Assembly: GCA_041666325.1 (NCBI GenBank)
Contig: JBAYHC010000003.1
Span: 31,102 to 95,101, forward strand
Source of the DNA: Patescibacteria group bacterium
GTDB lineage: Bacteria > Patescibacteriota > UBA1384 > XYA2-FULL-43-10 > 1-14-0-10-43-13
Length of the DNA stretch: 64,000 bases
Direction: 5' to 3'
Shown here: in pieces, positions 28,689-37,908 of the stretch
Layout: each line of letters opens with the position of its first letter
Position numbering within the stretch: the first letter of the stretch is position 1
Program-made: the position numbers and the translations under genes
Notes under the pieces: model-generated
Database searches by the model: none
Told to the model about the DNA's origin: nothing
What the model saw: only the letters and a program-made list of their open reading frames with translations

Positions 28689-29108
28689 TCAGTCCACCAC
28701 CCTAATCTTCGAAACACTCTCGGCGTACTTGGCGTGCGCCGTCTGCAAAAGCAGGATAAACAATGCCTTCTCCGTAACCTCATAGCTGCGGCGCAAATCG
28801 CCATCGAGAGGCAAGATTTCCCCCACGCTCTCCAAGGCGGCAATCACAACTGCTATTGCAGTGGAGTACTCTTGATCACTCTTCAGACGCTCCAGGGCCG
28901 CCAGGATATACTGGCGAAGAATGACATCTAGCACACGGAGATCCGAAATACCAGTCGTTCCCTCTGGTAGTGCCATAGACACAAGAAACAAAAGAGTGTC
29001 ATCATCCTGGCCTGGCAAACAGAGATTAGCCGGGCTAGCTAGTGCGGCCTTGTATCCCTCAACGAGAGGATGCTTCAGTAGCGCACGCAACCCATCTACG
29101 AAGTACAT
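28689..29108 (-). CDS. Hypothetical protein
   Basis: 139-aa ORF with GAGGTG RBS, in line with upstream ORF. Confidence 0.6.
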   Translation of the reverse strand: MYFVDGLRALLKHPLVEGYKAALASPANLCLPGQDDDTLLFLVSMALPEGTTGISDLRVLDVILRQYILAALERLKSDQEYSTAIAVVIAALESVGEILPLDGDLRRSYEVTEKALFILLLQTAHAKYAESVSKIRVVD

Positions 29109-29124
29109 CCCTGCACCTCACTTC

Positions 29125-29499
29125 CTATCCTTGGTGCGGAGGCAGCCAATTGGCATTTGGCACCCCTTCCTCGCCTTGAAGTCCAGACTTACCTCTGAGT
29201 CCTTCCATGTACTCGATGGCTCGGTTGCTAACAGCAGAGTAGACACGAAGACCATCAACACCAACTTGATTGCCCATATCGACACAAGCAGCATAGACAT
29301 CCTTGTGCTTTCTTATGGTTTCCTTGACCAAGCCGGCAGCGGCCGCGATGTTCTCGGGCGTTGGCTCCTCGTCCAGAGCCTTGAGCAGAGCGCCAGCCAT
29401 CTCATCAACCTTGGCCTGGGCCAATTCAACGAGATCTCCGGTCTCTACTCCAGCGCCTGGAATCTGCTGTCCTACCTCGCCTACTGATGATGTTTCCAT
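29125..29499 (-). CDS. Hypothetical protein
   Basis: 124-aa ORF, AAGGAG RBS, promoter just upstream. Confidence 0.65.
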   Translation of the reverse strand: METSSVGEVGQQIPGAGVETGDLVELAQAKVDEMAGALLKALDEEPTPENIAAAAGLVKETIRKHKDVYAACVDMGNQVGVDGLRVYSAVSNRAIEYMEGLRGKSGLQGEEGVPNANWLPPHQG

Positions 29500-29523
29500 C
29501 TTGCTCCTTTTTTGAGCTAGTTA

Positions 29524-29552
29524 ATAGTAAACTAAGAATGTAACCATGTCAA
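29524..29552 (-). promoter_or_regulatory. Sigma70-type promoter
   Basis: TTGACA-17 nt-TACTAT. Confidence 0.6.
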
Positions 29553-29655
29553 TGGTATATACCTCATCGTAGATTAACACTGTCTGTAGTGTCAATGTGG
29601 AAAACAAAAAACCGCCCGCCAAGAATGGCGAGACGGATTGAAATCCCCCACAAAA

Positions 29656-30705
29656 CTAAATCAAACCCTCACGGCGAAGCTCTTTATCAATTTCTGCCAA
29701 CTCTTCGTCGGTTGGCTCATCATCATCAACATCGACAGGAGACTGCTCGCCCGCAAGAGCATAGAGCGACACGCCGCAGCGCTCTCGAAGCAACCGATCG
29801 GTATACTCAACCTGATAGCCGCCAGACAGGATCCCGCTTGCGGCTCCAATAACCGCATCAGTGTAGAGATAGTCATGGGCAAAACAATTAAAGAGCCAAA
29901 TCATCCACACAAAGTGGTCCGCACTTCCGCTAGTGATCTCTCCGAGCAACATGTGGACGTCGAAATAATAAATGGCACGCGCAGTTAGTGGCAAAAGACC
30001 AACCAAATCACTATTCACAAGCGCCTTCTCATTCAACTCGGCCATGATGCCGCCTTCGCCAAGGCCACGTTTGAAAGCATCACGCAAATACATCTCGGCG
30101 ATGTCATCAGCCAAAGGTTTGGCCCGATCCAAATCGGCAGGCCGCAATTTAATGTACGCTGCTTGCACCAAATCCAAGACCGACCAATCAGTATCCTTAA
30201 TGAATGCCGCCAACTGCTCAGCTCGGCGATCACTATTCTCGTGCTCGTAGCAAACAAGCAACAAAGCAAGAATGCGCTGATCATCACGCCCAACAACGGG
30301 CAAGCCAACCAATTGGCAAATGGTATTGAGCTTGCTCAGAGCATCGGAACCGGTCTCACCGATTCGCTCCGGCTGACCATAGCCCTCGCCTATGATCTTC
30401 TCGATTGCCCTCGCCCAAGCAATAATACCGGTGTTCATCCGGGATCCCAGATAAACCAAAGTGTCGGGATCGAGAGTGAAATAATTATACTCAAGCACCT
30501 CGACCCGGTGATCGTCGGTGAACCTGTAATCAAGACTGGTCAAAAAAGGAAACGCAACATTCTCGACGTGATCCCTAATCGCTTCGGACGAATAGCTTGT
30601 GAACCAATCAACCGTTTCGCAAAAGACAAAGTAAGCCGGAGATTCGGATGCCTTGCCGGCAAAGTAATCAGTCCGGAACTCCTCGTATTCCTCAGGCCAT
30701 GCCAT
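29656..30705 (-). CDS. Hypothetical helical protein with acidic tail
   Basis: Start MAWPEEY after AAGGGGAG; ~350 aa. Confidence 0.7.
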   Translation of the reverse strand: MAWPEEYEEFRTDYFAGKASESPAYFVFCETVDWFTSYSSEAIRDHVENVAFPFLTSLDYRFTDDHRVEVLEYNYFTLDPDTLVYLGSRMNTGIIAWARAIEKIIGEGYGQPERIGETGSDALSKLNTICQLVGLPVVGRDDQRILALLLVCYEHENSDRRAEQLAAFIKDTDWSVLDLVQAAYIKLRPADLDRAKPLADDIAEMYLRDAFKRGLGEGGIMAELNEKALVNSDLVGLLPLTARAIYYFDVHMLLGEITSGSADHFVWMIWLFNCFAHDYLYTDAVIGAASGILSGGYQVEYTDRLLRERCGVSLYALAGEQSPVDVDDDEPTDEELAEIDKELRREGLI

Positions 30706-30862
30706 GGCCGCTCCCCTTCTCAAGCAGAAACTCTCTACTTGAGATGACCCCAATCCGCCAGCCATGCACCAGAGCGGTACATGGGCAGTTGGCAGACGGG
30801 GCCATTCTCAAAAAGAGATAGTCGTAGTTAAGCACAAAATATTACGACAAGCAACAATCAGA

Positions 30863-31918
30863 CTACTCTAGCTCAGCTTGCGTCGGAGCCAATTGGTTGT
30901 ACTCACCTACCTCAACACCATATTCCGAAACAAACTCCTCGTATGGCAAATCATCAACCGCACCAGCCACCTTCGCGCCTCGCAATTGGTATTTAGAAAC
31001 AACTTTCCACTTCAGACCCTTTTGGCGGATTTTCGTGCGCAAGGCCTTAACATCGCTACCAGTCCAAATTGTAATCGGCTGCTCGCCAGATCGCTCTTCG
31101 ATTAAGGCAACAACATCTGGATTCAACTCGCCATTCTCGTCGAGCAGTGTGCCTTCGATATCGATGCACAGATCAGGAAACTCCTCGCCAGCGAGTGGCG
31201 TAATTCTTTTGTTCGCTTCCGCCCTCTCCATCTGTGTCAGCCGGATCAACTCTTCTTGCGGCAAATCGCCGAAAACAAGCCGAGCTAACCTCTCCCACGC
31301 TACCATTTTGTCTCCGCCTTGAGCCAAGGCATATCGCAAATCATGCTGGAGTGCGCCAACTGCAGTTTCAGCATTTGGCACTTCCATTAATCGCAAAGCC
31401 AAGGGATCGCTGGGTCTTGTCTCATTCTCAACTTCGCCAAGTAAAATCGCCTTCATGTCAACCAATGACAGCGGAAGTCTGGCAAAGTGAACATTGGAAT
31501 AAGAGCGCAAGGCGTGATATCGTTTATCGTTGGCCAGCTGAATCTCGGGCGACCAAGACAAAACAATAACCGGTTTTCCATCCGGAGCAAATTTTAGTGC
31601 TTCATCAAGCCCAATCATGTCTGTCCGCTTGCCACCGTCAACCAACATCTCAGAAAAGACCAGTGTTCCCTCTGTGCCCTCGGGCAACAACATTGTCGCC
31701 CGCTCCAGTGCTTCTCGAATCGGCGCACTATCCGTGATAATTCTAATCTCGGGTCTGCCCCGCAGTACATCTTTGTCTTCTCTGCTGCGTTCTTGGGCCG
31801 ATTCGAGTTCTCCGGCTCGAGCCGAGGCAACCTCGCGATCCTGAGATAATTCTTTATCCAAGCCACCATCGCCCTCGGTCCCCTCGCCATTCAACGCACA
31901 ATACTTTCTTTCGTCCAT
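30863..31918 (-). CDS. Orphan with degenerate receiver-like domain and C-terminal HAD-like domain
   Basis: KPVIVLSW (REC-like beta4); LCIDIEGTLL (HAD motif I variant), ITIWTG, AVDD. Confidence 0.7.
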   Translation of the reverse strand: MDERKYCALNGEGTEGDGGLDKELSQDREVASARAGELESAQERSREDKDVLRGRPEIRIITDSAPIREALERATMLLPEGTEGTLVFSEMLVDGGKRTDMIGLDEALKFAPDGKPVIVLSWSPEIQLANDKRYHALRSYSNVHFARLPLSLVDMKAILLGEVENETRPSDPLALRLMEVPNAETAVGALQHDLRYALAQGGDKMVAWERLARLVFGDLPQEELIRLTQMERAEANKRITPLAGEEFPDLCIDIEGTLLDENGELNPDVVALIEERSGEQPITIWTGSDVKALRTKIRQKGLKWKVVSKYQLRGAKVAGAVDDLPYEEFVSEYGVEVGEYNQLAPTQAELE

Positions 31919-31925
31919 TTTTCTC

Positions 31926-32231
31926 CTATCTGTTATCTAAAAATTTAAAAAATTCATCGGCGCGTTCCGGAAAAGTATTTCTAAGACTGCCATTGATTGT
32001 ACCCCTGGTCGACGCAATCTCATTCTGAACATTCCCCTGCTCCGGCTGTACAGGAGCACCAATATCCTCGATCAGATCGATTTCGCCTCTCTGAATCATG
32101 ACAGCGATTTCCCTATCAGGTTTCATTGATCGAAGCACACCCTCGACGTCTGCTTGGACTAAAAATGACGGTTTCTCAGCGTGAGCGCGATAGCTCGCCA
32201 CCTCATCGATATTTAAAAATTCTCTTTCCAT
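31926..32231 (-). CDS. Hypothetical protein
   Basis: 101-aa ORF, AGGAG RBS, tight spacing to next gene. Confidence 0.65.
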   Translation of the reverse strand: MEREFLNIDEVASYRAHAEKPSFLVQADVEGVLRSMKPDREIAVMIQRGEIDLIEDIGAPVQPEQGNVQNEIASTRGTINGSLRNTFPERADEFFKFLDNR

Positions 32232-32287
32232 CTATTACTCCTGAATTAAGCCACCATACACCGGCATTAAGTCGAATCTTCCTTCTC

Positions 32288-32902
32288 TCATACTTGACTT
32301 TCTTTAATTTCTTTCTTTTCATCTTCTTTTTTAATTGTTGGTATTTCACCTGGGTCGACACCAAAACGGCGGCGGGCAACATCTCGCAAGGCTTCAGACG
32401 AATAGCTGGCCAAAGGGTTGCCGCTCTGATGATAGGCGTTCAGGTCAACTTCATAAGTCGTTTTTCCGTTGCCAAACCAGTTAGTTTCCTCTGTATTATA
32501 TTGCTTGCCATAACGATAAATCTCTTGATAACCAGCGAATGGTATAGTCGAGCGAACATGGATCATCTCGCCGCTATCAATTTTCAAGACCGTCCCGACA
32601 AATTCCTCGCCATCATAAATTCTGACCGCCCGAACTTCTCCACGATCATTTAGAAAATATTCACCGCGAAGACCCCTCTCCTCGGCCTCTTTTTGCAACT
32701 GTTGACAGCGCTCCTCTTCTCTTGACGCTAGCTGCTTCTTGTTTTTTTCTCGCTCAAGAGCTTCCAAAAAATATTGTCTGATCGGCTCCCAGTCTGGATC
32801 AACCTTCCCGTTTTCGTCTGCACCCAAGCAGTCAACCACACCATTAACAACATTTTCATTAATTACACCGTCAATTTCCTGGCCTTCGTTTTCTCTTCGC
32901 AT
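32288..32902 (-). CDS. Hypothetical protein
   Basis: Start MRRENEG after AAGGAG. Confidence 0.7.
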   Translation of the reverse strand: MRRENEGQEIDGVINENVVNGVVDCLGADENGKVDPDWEPIRQYFLEALEREKNKKQLASREEERCQQLQKEAEERGLRGEYFLNDRGEVRAVRIYDGEEFVGTVLKIDSGEMIHVRSTIPFAGYQEIYRYGKQYNTEETNWFGNGKTTYEVDLNAYHQSGNPLASYSSEALRDVARRRFGVDPGEIPTIKKEDEKKEIKESQV

Positions 32903-33118
32903 AGTCTCCTTTGTTAACAAAAAATGGAGTTTCCTCCAGGTTAAAAAACTCATTAGTCTAACATTGTCTCCAACTCTCGAGCCGCCCACCTCCGTGGTCA
33001 GCTCGAGGTTAGGCTCGGACCCGTGTCCGAGCAGGATTGGAAACTTGCCGCCTTTTCTCGCCCCCTATGTGTTCAGGGGGAATCACGGCTTATCGACCCG
33101 TTTCCAGGGCCGTGGCAC

Positions 33119-33601
33119 TCACTTGGCCAGCGCTTGCCGGCGCCGCTCGAGACCGAGGGCTCTTGACATTCTCTGAATCTCCCGATCTACCGCGCGCATA
33201 TTGAATTGCACGGCGTTGACAGTAGAGTAGGAACTTTCAGAGAGACAATTACCCTGCTTGTCCCGAACGATCACCCAGACGTAGTTGCCATAGTGGCCAG
33301 GCGTTACCTTGGACTCGACGATAAAGTCGGCCCCGGTAATACTGGTCCGCTTGGCACCCGCCTCGATGATCGCCTGCATTGCCCTGGAGACAAGCGGTCC
33401 GCCGTTCTTGGAAGCGACCGTCATGCCCGCGATGTCCGCCTCTTTGAGAGCACTCTTCACACTCTCAGGCAGCGCATCGTAGCGCTTGACGATCTTCGCC
33501 TCCTCGGTAGTCAGCAGACGCGGCTCGTCGTCCTTAACAGCACAACCGGCACAAGCCAGCGCAACGAACAGTAAGACAACGACTTTTTGTATTTGTTTCA
33601 C
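33119..33601 (-). CDS. Putative lipoprotein
   Basis: KQIQKVVVLLFVALACAGC lipobox; start approximate (33601-33616). Confidence 0.7.
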   Translation of the reverse strand: MKQIQKVVVLLFVALACAGCAVKDDEPRLLTTEEAKIVKRYDALPESVKSALKEADIAGMTVASKNGGPLVSRAMQAIIEAGAKRTSITGADFIVESKVTPGHYGNYVWVIVRDKQGNCLSESSYSTVNAVQFNMRAVDREIQRMSRALGLERRRQALAK

Positions 33602-33698
33602 CCCCTCTCTGAGCATTCTCTGCTCAAGGTGAGCTCGGTTGCGGGTCGGACCCACACCCGAGCAGAGATACGAGGAGCTGCGCTTGCCGTTTTGCTGC

Positions 33699-34073
33699 TC
33701 ACTTGGCGCGAGCAAACCGGCGCTTGTAATAATCAACCTCCCTCCCTTCGTCATTGACCAGATGGTAGACGGCGATGTCCAGCCACTGGCCCGCCTCGAC
33801 CGGTCCGTTGGGATCGACGGTGCCGTCGTACTCGATCCGACCAGGCAGAGCGATCCTGCCCTCGTCGTACTCGAGACAGACGACATCCTGCTCGGTGTCC
33901 CCTCTGAGCTTGCAGGCAGCGGAGCCCGCCGGAGCCTTGACCCAGACCTCGACGAGGATGTCGCCGTTGGCCTGAGGCACGTACTCCTCTCGGGTGATCT
34001 CGCCGCCCTTGGTCTGGGCACAGCCGGCGAAAGCGAGAATGCCGAAGATAGCGATCAGTGCCAGTGCCTTCAT
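33699..34073 (-). CDS. Putative lipoprotein
   Basis: MKALALIAIFGILAFAGC lipobox; AAAGGAAGG RBS. Confidence 0.75.
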   Translation of the reverse strand: MKALALIAIFGILAFAGCAQTKGGEITREEYVPQANGDILVEVWVKAPAGSAACKLRGDTEQDVVCLEYDEGRIALPGRIEYDGTVDPNGPVEAGQWLDIAVYHLVNDEGREVDYYKRRFARAK

Positions 34074-34232
34074 GAAACCCTTCCTTTCTGTGAACACACT
34101 ACAGTCTCCTCGCAAAGAGCTCCTTGAGCCCTTGTGCCAATAGACTGAAATGGCAACCCATTACAACAAAATCATTTACCAAAAACACACACCCTTTTGT
34201 CGCGTACGCTACAAAAGTGATGATGTTTTCAA

Positions 34233-34775
34233 CCCTCAGAGGATAGCCCGATCACAAGATCGGGCAGGATCTATCTGAGAGCAGAAACCGGGGGCGGTGG
34301 AGATAATAGTATGGATGCTCGACTTGATAGCCAAAAACCCACACCCTCGTTCTCTCCACCAAGGCAACGAGTAGCCGTTTATAGCAACGGCGGTTGATGC
34401 CTGCCGGACACACTGGTGTGCCCAGCCCCTACGACGACATGCGGTCATCGCACAACACGACGTTATCTCGTGTTGCCGGTCTTTTCGGGCAGCGGAGTAG
34501 TTACCCACTTTTCCTCCACCGTCTTGCCGCAATCAGCCAAGCTGACACTGGCGGCAAAATAGGCTGAGCGGGTCCATGCCACCTGCGCCGAGCTCCTCGA
34601 TTAGGATCGACGACGCAAGTTAAGGCTCCTCTTTCTGCTTAACCTACCCTTACTGCTCAACCACTGGCAACAATGCTACCTAAGGTGGGTACCAGATAGT
34701 TGAGTTTTCCCGATGAGCATTCCGCTCTGAGTCAACCCTGAACCCGACGTGGTTCAGGGGGATATCAGAAAGGAT
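34233..34775 (-). ncRNA. Large structured RNA module A (unassigned)
   Basis: Colinear motif blocks and covarying stems shared with 35411-35882; G-U pairs give minus strand; no credible ORF. Confidence 0.7.
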
Positions 34776-34779
34776 CTGA

Positions 34780-35410
34780 GGTGGTGAAGATAAGAACCGT
34801 CTTATCCAGACGTTCCCCGCTCTCTTCACGCAGGGCAGCCTCCCCGGCCAGGCCCTAGATGGCCCCGGCCTATTGAGTGAGCTCTAGCGGTACCACTATC
34901 TGCTGTGGTTGGCTATGTTCCCTCCCAAACAGATTTCGGGAAGCCGAGTAATCGCCCAGTTTTCCTCGGCCGTTTCACCGCACCGGTCTGATCCTTCCCC
35001 AGGGAAGAATAAGTTCCGGGGCGATAAATTCATCGAGACCAGTAAACAGCACCGTGTGCCGCCACTAATCTCACCCTTTGCGCCGGCTAGTTGAGTTGTA
35101 ACATGAGTCTATCAACCTCATGCCACCGGGTGTTCAACAATCATAGCCTGGCAATTTCAGGAAGCGTGGCCTTAATCCTGTAATTCATCCACGCTTTTCA
35201 CCGCACCAGTGGGTCTCGTGACCGTTCAAGGCGGTCGCGCCTTTCGGCTCCCGAGGTAGACCAACTGGAGGCGGCAAACAACTCGAAGGTGCTAGCACTA
35301 GGCCATCATTTGACCACCAGCACATTCTCGTCGCCTTTTTCATGACTGGGCGAATGACGGGATCGCGATTTCAGGTCGCGGCAGGTATCCCGATGCCCAG
35401 TCGCCGATTC
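34780..35410 (-). ncRNA. Structured spacer between modules A and B
   Basis: Consecutive stems (GATAAGA/TCTTATC, GCCGAG/CTCGGC, CATGAG/CTCATG, AAGCGTGG/CCACGCTT, GACTGGGC/GCCCAGTC); GGTGCGGTGAAA occurs twice on minus. Confidence 0.5.
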
Positions 35411-35882
35411 CTTCCTCGGAGGATGGCCCGATCTCTAGTGGATCAAGGCCGGATCTTTCCGAAGAAAGAGTGGGGGTGTGGAGAATATAGTCGCCGTGGC
35501 GACCCTCGTCACCTCCACCACACCAGTTACGAGTGGGCTGAGTTACACCTCAGGTGCACCTGAGACTTGGCTCTTATGGCGGGCCTTTATCCGCCCCTGT
35601 GCCCATCTGGGACCCCCAATTTCGGGACGGCAGATAACTATCCGTCTTTCTCTGCCGGCTCGCCGCACCACACTGGGGGCGGCAAGTATCATCAAAATGT
35701 TGCGATGTCCGGTACATATCCCGGCTTGCTTTTTTTGACGACCCCTTCTTGTTGTCGATCCAGTAGGTGATTCACCCCGGCCTGTGCCGTTCGGATACTG
35801 CCTCGACAACCATTTTTATTGAGCTTCCGCTCTGAGGCAACCCTGAACCCAATACGGTTCAGGGGGGATATCAGAGGGGAAA
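35411..35882 (-). ncRNA. Large structured RNA module B (unassigned)
   Basis: Homologous to module A with compensatory changes and the same 3' pseudoknot. Confidence 0.7.
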
Positions 35883-36079
35883 TTGTGTCACCTCGATTTG
35901 GATGAGTGTGGTTCGCCCTGGGTCCTCCAGGAAACAGGCGCCACGAAGGTGACAGCGGGGATCATATCTGCGCTTTCCTTTACCGCGCTTTTCTTATAAG
36001 TTTTGCAGCCCTTGGGCTATAACTTCTTATAAGACGGCCTGATACTAGCCGGATCGTTCTCGATCATCGAAGCTTCAAG

Positions 36080-36376
36080 CTACGCTGGGCTGACGGAGAG
36101 CCCCAGCTTGCCGCTCAAGAAAGCAGCGGCCACAGCCGGAGTCTTCGCCAGACTCTCGGGATACGGCAGTGATACGATCACGCCTCCCCCGACGTAGCTC
36201 CGCTCGCCCTCCCCGCGCAGTGCGTTTTCCACGTAGTGGATTCGCCCCGAGCAGGTGGTGCAATGCGAGCAGCTAATGCGGGCGACTTCTATCGCCACCT
36301 TGTCTCTGTCAAAAGAGACTTGGCGCGAATTCCGCCATCCGCCTACCCACACACGAAACCCGTGTTCAGGCATCAT
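36080..36376 (-). CDS. Small hypothetical protein (98 aa, CxxCxxC) embedded in the structured region
   Basis: Strong RBS GAAGGGGGTGA before ATG; no recognisable family. Confidence 0.4.
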   Translation of the reverse strand: MMPEHGFRVWVGGWRNSRQVSFDRDKVAIEVARISCSHCTTCSGRIHYVENALRGEGERSYVGGGVIVSLPYPESLAKTPAVAAAFLSGKLGLSVSPA

Positions 36377-36399
36377 TGTTCACCCCCTTCCCTTTTTGG

Positions 36400-36925
36400 T
36401 GCCTAATGCCGGCCTTTGCCTTGCGGCCGTACCGGTTTGACAAACCGCCTCAACCAGAAGTCTCATCTTTCTTCCAATTGATTTGGCTAGCCAATCAGCA
36501 GTTTCAACTTTCCAGCCATCAACTATTTGATAGCTCGAGGTTGATCCCGATCCGCCAAAGGCGAGATCGGGACAGGTAGGGATATAGGTGTTGGGCGCAG
36601 GGATTATGTCATCATCAGGGTTCGGGCCCGACGAGACCTCATTCTCCTGCCAGGCGCACTTAGGCCTTTTAATGAGTAGGGATTCCCCTATACGCCCCCT
36701 CAAGGGGAGCGAAGCGGGGGCCACCCTGGGCACACTCCTGCCACTGCCCGACCAGCGGGCCCAACACCTCTTCGGTCAACCGGCCACAGCCGTGCTTGAC
36801 TGAAGTCTTCATTGCGGTGAAGTGGAAGGGAGTTGTAGCAGACCGTACCCCGATATGCGGCTAAGGTGGTAATTATATTTCCTGCCGTCGGGGGGAGTGC
36901 CACAACTCTGCTTCCAGCTCACTGC
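36400..36925 (-). ncRNA. Structured ~520-nt segment (5' part of the RNA locus or leader of the small ORF)
   Basis: Long stems GAGTTGTGGCA/TGCTACAACTC, AGGTGTTGGGC/GCCCAACACCT, TCCCGATC/GATCGGGA. Confidence 0.5.
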
Positions 36926-36949
36926 AAATATTGTTTATTTCTCTTTCCC

Positions 36950-37085
36950 ATCATCCTGAGCGAAGCGACCGTGTCCCTCGTAGCTTTAGCGGAGTGAGAT
37001 GGATCTAGAGCCGATGCATCGGTTCACATGCGGTCGCCGCGGCGACCTAGATTCTTCGCTTCAAAGCTACATCGCTCAGAATGAC
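36950..37085. repeat. REP-like palindrome (TCATCCTGAGCGAAGCGA...TCGCTCAGAATGAC)
   Basis: Terminal inverted repeats with internal GATCT/AGATTCTTCGCTTC. Confidence 0.7.
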
Positions 37086-37215
37086 AATTGGTTCTTTGTC
37101 AAACTGACTTGACTTATACTGTGGTTAATGAAAAATCTTATGTTTGCAACCTATTGGCTTAAATTAAGCCTCACATGGCTGATTTATTTATAAGTTTCTC
37201 ATTCACCAGGACACA

Positions 37216-37244
37216 ATGCTACCATATTGTTTTTATTTTGTCAA
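37216..37244 (-). promoter_or_regulatory. Sigma70-type promoter facing the structured RNA block
   Basis: TTGACA-17 nt-TAGCAT with extended -10 TG. Confidence 0.55.
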
Positions 37245-37425
37245 TGCTAGTTGACATATTTATATAACAGTTATTACATTTGTCAAGTCAGGGACTACAA
37301 AATTACCACCAATTTATTTAGTGAATGCTATGAAAGTGTTATATATAGCGGACAGATTGTCATCACCTGTTTAGCTTTATTCAAGACTAATTTCTTACTA
37401 TTTTGTTCGGTGATGGCAGTAAGTA

Positions 37426-37454
37426 TTGACAATATTATTATTCTGTGCTAACAT
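37426..37454 (+). promoter_or_regulatory. Sigma70-type promoter of the 450-nt RNA candidate
   Basis: TTGACA-17 nt-TAACAT with extended -10 TG. Confidence 0.65.
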
Positions 37455-37459
37455 TGTGA

Positions 37460-37908
37460 GCGTAATCCTGCAGAAGGGAGGACTCAAACCGGGAAGTGCC
37501 CCAACACTGGGGGCGAGACGACTGTCTAGCTTCCCGGGGCAAACCTCCGGGAATCGTCTGGTGGTATCACCGTTCGGTCTCCGGAGGGAGGTGGAGCTAT
37601 GGATACATGAGTATCCTGCGCTTGCCGGGCGCCTTATGGGCGCCCGTGGAAGCAATAGCTTCGCCATCCTGCCTGAGGAAGAAAGAAATGGATGTCTGAA
37701 AAAGAGAGGCGGCCAATTGCCGCCGGATGGAAGACGATCGTGTCATTTTCGCTCGTTGGCTTGGCCGTCGGCAAATCAGCCAGCGGCTAGGCACACAGCG
37801 ATAGCCTGAGTGCGCCCGAGGACGGGTCACTCTCGAAAGGATCTGCTACATCATATGGGCAGATAGCGACCACAAAGGCGCCCCGACTAGCGGGGCGCCC
37901 ATTTTATT
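37460..37908 (+). ncRNA. Candidate ~450-nt multi-branched ncRNA with own terminator
   Basis: Stems CCGGGAAG/CTTCCCGG, CCTCCGG/CCGGAGG, GGTGGAGCTAT/ATAGCTTCGCC, CGTTGGCT/AGCCAGCG; terminator GGCGCCCCG/CGGGGCGCC + T-rich tail. Confidence 0.7.

Noticed and set aside
33602-34021. N-terminal half of the 300-aa ORF 33119-34021
   Set aside because: Overlaps the upstream lipoprotein in another frame; the real gene starts near the lipobox
34200-36925. Group II or group I intron, rRNA fragment, or DGR template repeat
   Set aside because: No domain V (AGC/CGC triad hairpin), no P7/R/S elements, no rRNA signatures, no reverse transcriptase, and A/B differences are not adenine-specific. Judged by eye only, so cmscan is still needed.
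37460-37908. RNase P RNA or tmRNA
   Set aside because: GAGGA..CCGGG is faintly P4-like but GAGGAAAGUCC and the 3' ACAGAA.CCGGCUUA are missing; no tRNA-like ends or T-loop
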